DNA of 27,272 nucleotides from a candidate division FCPU426 bacterium (GTDB lineage: Bacteria; Oederibacteriota; JAAXVQ01; JAUVAV01), in assembly GCA_030637655.1 (NCBI GenBank), contig DAOWGI010000093.1:1-27272 (forward strand), written 5' to 3'. The notes below the pieces were generated by a model. The model was not told the origin of the DNA. It saw nothing but the letters and a program-made list of their open reading frames with translations, and ran no database searches. The first letter of the stretch is position 1, and every line of letters starts with the position of its first letter. This document shows, piece by piece, positions 19,001-25,000 of this stretch. The position numbers and the translations under genes are program-made.

Positions 19001-22000
19001 AATCCTATGATCCGGTGATACGTAAATATACGATAGCCATGTTGGAGTCAGCCGGGATTAATGCCATAGTGCTTGAGTACTGTGCTGGTATGGATCAGCG
19101 GGATATGTTTCTGCCTGCGTTTATTAATGCGCTCAATCAATCGGATAGATCCTTTGCGCTTTCTTTGGACACACGGGTGAGTCTGCGAAGCACGGATGTA
19201 TTAAAATCCCATTTGAAATTTTTATTGGATACCTATGCCACACAAAAATCAGCTTTGCAAATAAACGGTTTGGCACTCGTTTTTCTACATAACCTGGATT
19301 TGATGGAATTTACCGACGACGACATCAAGCGCGTGGTTGAAGAACTGGAAGCAGAAGGATATGTATTTATTTTAGCTGGAGATAAAACCGGCGCCCAGTG
19401 GATGGGCGCTAATAAATTAAGCCTGGGTTTTGGCAATTATAACAATCAAATGGCTGATATTGTTAAAAAGTACGGAGCTGATCCGGCACAATGGCAGAGC
19501 GCAAGTGTTGCCAATATTGATCCAAACCAACCCGATAGCCTGGGAATTACTTTGGTTTATCCAGGATATGATAATCGCTTTGTCGGCGGAGCGGACACCT
19601 ATGAACTGACCAAAGGGGAACCTAAATTATTCCCGGTTTGGAAGCAAACCCATAAGTTGCAAACACCGGATAGTGATTTATTGGCTCAGACAGTGACCCG
19701 CGCCATGCAGAAAAAACAAAATCAGTTTATGCTTATTTCATCCCTGGACGGAAATCAAACCGGCACGGAATTATTTCCTTCTCTGCAAAAAGGCTGTGAC
19801 CGCATTTTGGAAATTGCGCGTTTAAGCGCTGCCAAAAATGGTCATCGCAGTAATCTTACGGAAATTATTCGAATTGCTGAGCAGGCGGTGCATGACATTC
19901 ATCAGCGCAGAGGGGAAAGCGTACCGCAAGCTATCTTAACTTCCATACAAAAGGCCTACCGCACAGCCAGCCGGCGCCAACCAGAGATTGATAAACTGGT
20001 AAAATCCCAGGAAAGCTCGGCGTTTGGATTTATCAAGGCCATGCTCTTGAGTTTGGGTGGTGCCCTGATTACATTCGGAATCAATGTATTGACCGATGGA
20101 TATGAGGGCCTTCTGCAAGCAGGAGTATGGGGTCTGTTGGTTTTTTTCGCCTACAGCGCAGTCAAATGGGCCGCCATTAAAGTGGCGCAAAAGAACCGGG
20201 CCAAGGCGATGGCAGACGAGGGGAAGGCTGCACGTCCTCCAACCCTGATTCCTGCTTTGCAAGGTTACAAGACCTTCAAAGCCGATGCTGATCAAGAACG
20301 CCGCGGTGTGCTTGATACTGTGACCCCGGAAGGGGATAGTGCCATCGAAGAAACCGTTGCCTACCTGCCCGCTTACTTCCAGTACACCACAGCAGCCCAT
20401 GTGTGGTTACACCAAAAATTACATCTGCCTGAATTCTTTGCTTACTTGCTTGAACCCATTGTGGGCAGTCTTTGGATGGCGGGCAGTAGCCTGAGAAATA
20501 GGGCCAAAAGAGTTACGGTTGGTACAGTCTTTTTAAGTGGGATTTTTATTTTGTTGCTATTCATGGCACCGGAACAATGGAATGAGGCTTGCCGTGCGAC
20601 TTATGGAAAACAAGCAAAGGCTAATCAAACGCAGCATAACCAGGTGGAAAGAATAGTTCGAGGATATCCGCGCGTATTTAACAGCCTGAATGATGTGTTG
20701 GCAACAGGTAAAGAGAAGCGGGACCTTGATACGTATAAACAGCAATCAGAAGCTGATGATAAGCTGGCGGATATTCTCCGGATTATAAACGTTCAAGACC
20801 TTATGTCCAAAGCGCAGGTAGGAACCACGATATTTGCTGTTTTGGAAAATGAGGGTTCGGTTTTTTCGTTTTTAAAAGGCAGGAGCTTAATAAATCTTCT
20901 GAAGTTTCTTATTTCTGCCAACAAATTATATTGGAATATTTATACTGGCGTTGAAAAAATCAAACTCTATGCGACCCCGGCCCAATTGCAGGCAGCCAAA
21001 GAATTGGATCTGCCGATTAATTCCTATGATATCCCCTGGCAAAAGAAGGTTCTGATACTTCCGAAGATACTGGCTAAAAAACACGCGCGCAACACAGCGG
21101 TCAATATCGCTCCTTATGACTGGGCTAATTATTTCAGCTTAAAAGCAAGCGGCCAAACCTTGGAGCAGGATCACTCAGCCATGCTGGCTCATTTGAAAAA
21201 ACAAGAAGCAGATCAGGATATCCGGGACAATGTAATGGAGCACCTGGAGCTGGCAGCTAAAAATAATCTTACTATTCTTTTTGAAACCACAGTGGCGAGG
21301 GAATCATTTGTTCCGCTTAAAAAACTCAGCAAAAGCAGGCATGAATATGTCCGGGATCAGATTCGCTATGTAAAAGCCTTGCGCAAAGCCTGGCTGAAAA
21401 AACATCCGGATAAAAAACCGCCGATTGGTATTGTGCTGGATCCCTGGCACTTGACCGGAGATATGCTGGGACCGAAAATTAAAACCTGGCTGAAACAAGG
21501 CCGGTCCAGACAGGATATCCGGGAGAAGGAACTACTGCCGCTGTTAATAAAATTTTGTGATGAATGCGACGGCCTGATTGCTCACATTGATATTGGCAAT
21601 GCCGCGCCCTGGGAGATCAAGTTCTTGCCCGAAGAGCTGCAGCGCGGAAGGGTTATGAGTCCTGACAGTCTGGTGCCGAATCTGGCCGTAATCCAGTATC
21701 TCATGAGGACCAATCCGGATATTGTGAATAATATTACTCTGGACGGGTCACCCCAAGCGCCGTTGATGTCCACCCGGGCAGGAAAGTTTACTTTAGGCGC
21801 GATATTTGCGGCCTTGGCAGCCTTTTTTGTTATGCTAATCAAGGCTTTCAAGAGACGTTTAGGATCTGCCGGAAACGATGGGTTTACATTAGTAGAAGTG
21901 GCGTTTGCTGTGACTGGGGTGGCAATTGTTGTGCTGGGAGTGGTGCAACCAGCGGTTTTTAGCTTCGCCGGATTGATGGCTGCGGTGAGTGTGGCCATGA

Positions 22001-25000
22001 TTGCAGTACCGCTTATCCTGGCGATTTTCGTTCAAATGAATAAAGGTTCACGAATTTCTTTTAGTAAAAGTGTGAAAGTAGGGACGCAAGTTGCATTGAT
22101 CATTTGTATGTTCATTGTGCCGTCGTTTTGGACACGGTTGTATGCTCAGGTTGGAGTAGATAAGAAAATTGAACAAGTGATTGTTGATCCAAAGCGAATT
22201 ATAAATATAACCGACCTGTTTGAGAATTCAAGGAGTACAGGCGGAAAAATATACCGCCAGGGCGATAAAGTGATGATTATGGGCCATGAGTGGTGTACTC
22301 TTCCTTTTGGTTCTATTAGGAGTGGACCAATTAAAATAGATTTTGATAGTCCGCGTACTATAATTAAATTAAATATCGAAACTGTGACTAATGGATGGTA
22401 TTTTATTATTCATTCACCTAATCTGCCTGTAGCTCCAGGTGGTAAATATATAAAGATATGGAATGATAACAGTCGAAAAGGTATTCAGATATATGATTTG
22501 AAAAAATTACAACGCTTTGGCTTAACCGGGGAGCAAGAAGTACAGTTTGAAATAGGTGTTACCACGTATGGTCGGGAAAAAGTAGATAACAATACCAAGG
22601 TTGTATTGAATGTTAGTTCAGTATTGCAGGAGCCTTCCAAAGCTACAAAACGTATTAAACAAAGAAAAACAGAAATAACAAAAACAGTAAGGTTGAGTTT
22701 AGCAGATTTATTCAAAAATTCTAATAAAACGGGAGTGTTTTTAACTCAACAAGGTAATCAATTAATCATTAAGGGAGATGAGTGGTGTTTTAATACCTTT
22801 GGTTCTATCAGGAGCAAACCTATTAAGATAGATTTCAATAGCTCGCCCGGGATTCGATTAAACATTCTGGATGTGACCCATGAATGGTATTTGATTGTCC
22901 ATTCTCCTGATTTGGCCGATTTTGTAAAAATCTGGCCAGATAATAGCAGGACAGGGACCCTGACCTATGATTTGACACAATTGGGTTTGGAAGGCACAAA
23001 GGAAATTACATTGGAGTTTGGTGTAAGTTCTTATAATACACCAGGTCATAAGAAAGTTAATGAACAAAATACAGTAGTTGTCATTGACGCACAGACACAA
23101 TTGACCGGAGTTGTTCCAACCGGTTATATTGGTACTGAAAAGCAAGCAAAGTCAAAGACTGAGCTGACTCAATATTTCACTAAATCAGGTCTACATAAAT
23201 CCTTAAAAGGCGGGCTTAAAAGCACTGTTCAGGCGGCCTTGGTAAGAGATCAAATATTTAAGTATGCTCGGATAGAAGGAAATAAAATCTATATTCATGC
23301 TGTGAATTGGTGGGAGAGACCTGGTAAAGGCGCTGATCATTGGAGTTGGTATGGTCACTATCCCAAAATAGATTCCACTGACATTGCGTCAGTCTATCAT
23401 CCTCTTCTTGGTCTCTATGATTCTTCAGATGAGGAGTATATGGAATGGGTGATTGAGGTTCTCATGGACATGGGTGTGGATGGAATGAATGTTGATTATT
23501 ATGCCGGGACCAGAGAGCATGATAAATGGCTGGCAAAACTATTCGAAGTTGTGGAAAAAGTGAATAAAAAAAATCCCTTGGGAAGAAAATTTGAGCTGGC
23601 AGTTATGTATGAGACCAAAATAATCAGAGAGAATTATGGTTTTGCGGATAGAGGCGTGCTGAAAGAGCATATTAAGCGTGTTCTGAACACCTATGCCTTA
23701 AGTCCTGCCTATCAGCGAGTAGCTGGTGTGCCGGTAATATATGTTTTTGGCATGGCTACAACTGGTTTCCAGGGGGAAGATTACAGACAGATTGCACTGG
23801 AATTGGAAAAAGAAGGATATATCTATCTTCTCGTGGGCGATAAAACCTATGAATCACAGTATTTAGGGGATAAAGCCGCAGCTGCAGTTCATCAATGGAT
23901 TGACATGTGGGGATTGATGAATATGCCGGAGGTTGCAAAACTAAGCCGGGATGTAACTAAATTAGAGGCTCGTCACCATGCTCTTTTGCGCACAGCCAGG
24001 GAAATGAAGCGTGTGGATATTATGGGAATTGCAGCCGTGTATAATGAATTTACTGACAAGAAACTTGGCGGCGGAGATTGGGGCCGGGGAGTGCATAGGT
24101 TCCTGGATTCCCGGGGTGGTGATTATTTTGAGCAAGGCGATGTTTTTAAAGAAACTATGAAATACGCGATTGAAAATCAGGATTGGCTGCTGTGGACATT
24201 ACTGATTACCTGGGATGACTGGCACGAAGGCACTCAGATGGAACCTTCACTTGAAAAGGGGTTTAGTAAATTTTTCGGAATTATGGAATTTGCAGCCGGA
24301 TACAAAGGTTTTAAGGCTGACCCACGTGCGGTTATCAAGCGTACTGAAAAGTATGCGCATGAAATATATGGTGAGAAGCTTCCACCACAAGTGAATAAAA
24401 TTATTAAAGATGCATTACACTACGCGTCCCAGGTAGACAGGAAGATTGAACAAAAGTATAGGAACTATTTGAAAAGACAAGCAGGCATCGAGGCAGCCAA
24501 AAAAAGGCATGATGCTGAAGCCAGGGAAAAATTGAAAGCGCATCCTTTCCGCGCAGCCTGGGGTTTTATTTTCGGCGCAATTAGCGGGGTTTTATCCTTA
24601 GTTTTGATCGGATTAAGTATTTATCTGGGTACAGGTCTGGATAATTCTCTTCTTGTTTTAGCTGGTATAGCAGTAAGTACTTTATTCGGGCTCTATTTTG
24701 CAATGGCAACTCTTGGCTTTGTAAGGACAGGCAGAGCTGTATACAAGGTTATGTATCAAAGCTTGCACCAAGACAATCCTGGAGCCGGCCGGTGGACTAT
24801 TGCCTGGAAAGCATTCACTGGCGCGATTGCCTGGTCTAATGGTATTTTAGGCAATGAAAAAGCCTTCAGAATATTGCAGAAGGAATATCCTAAAGAAGCG
24901 GATCGAGTTTTCTATCATGAGCAGTTTAAAAACCATTTTATCGGCATGCTGGTTATGTTCCCGTTTGTGCAGAATTATCTGGAACGCAAAGTTGTTCAGG

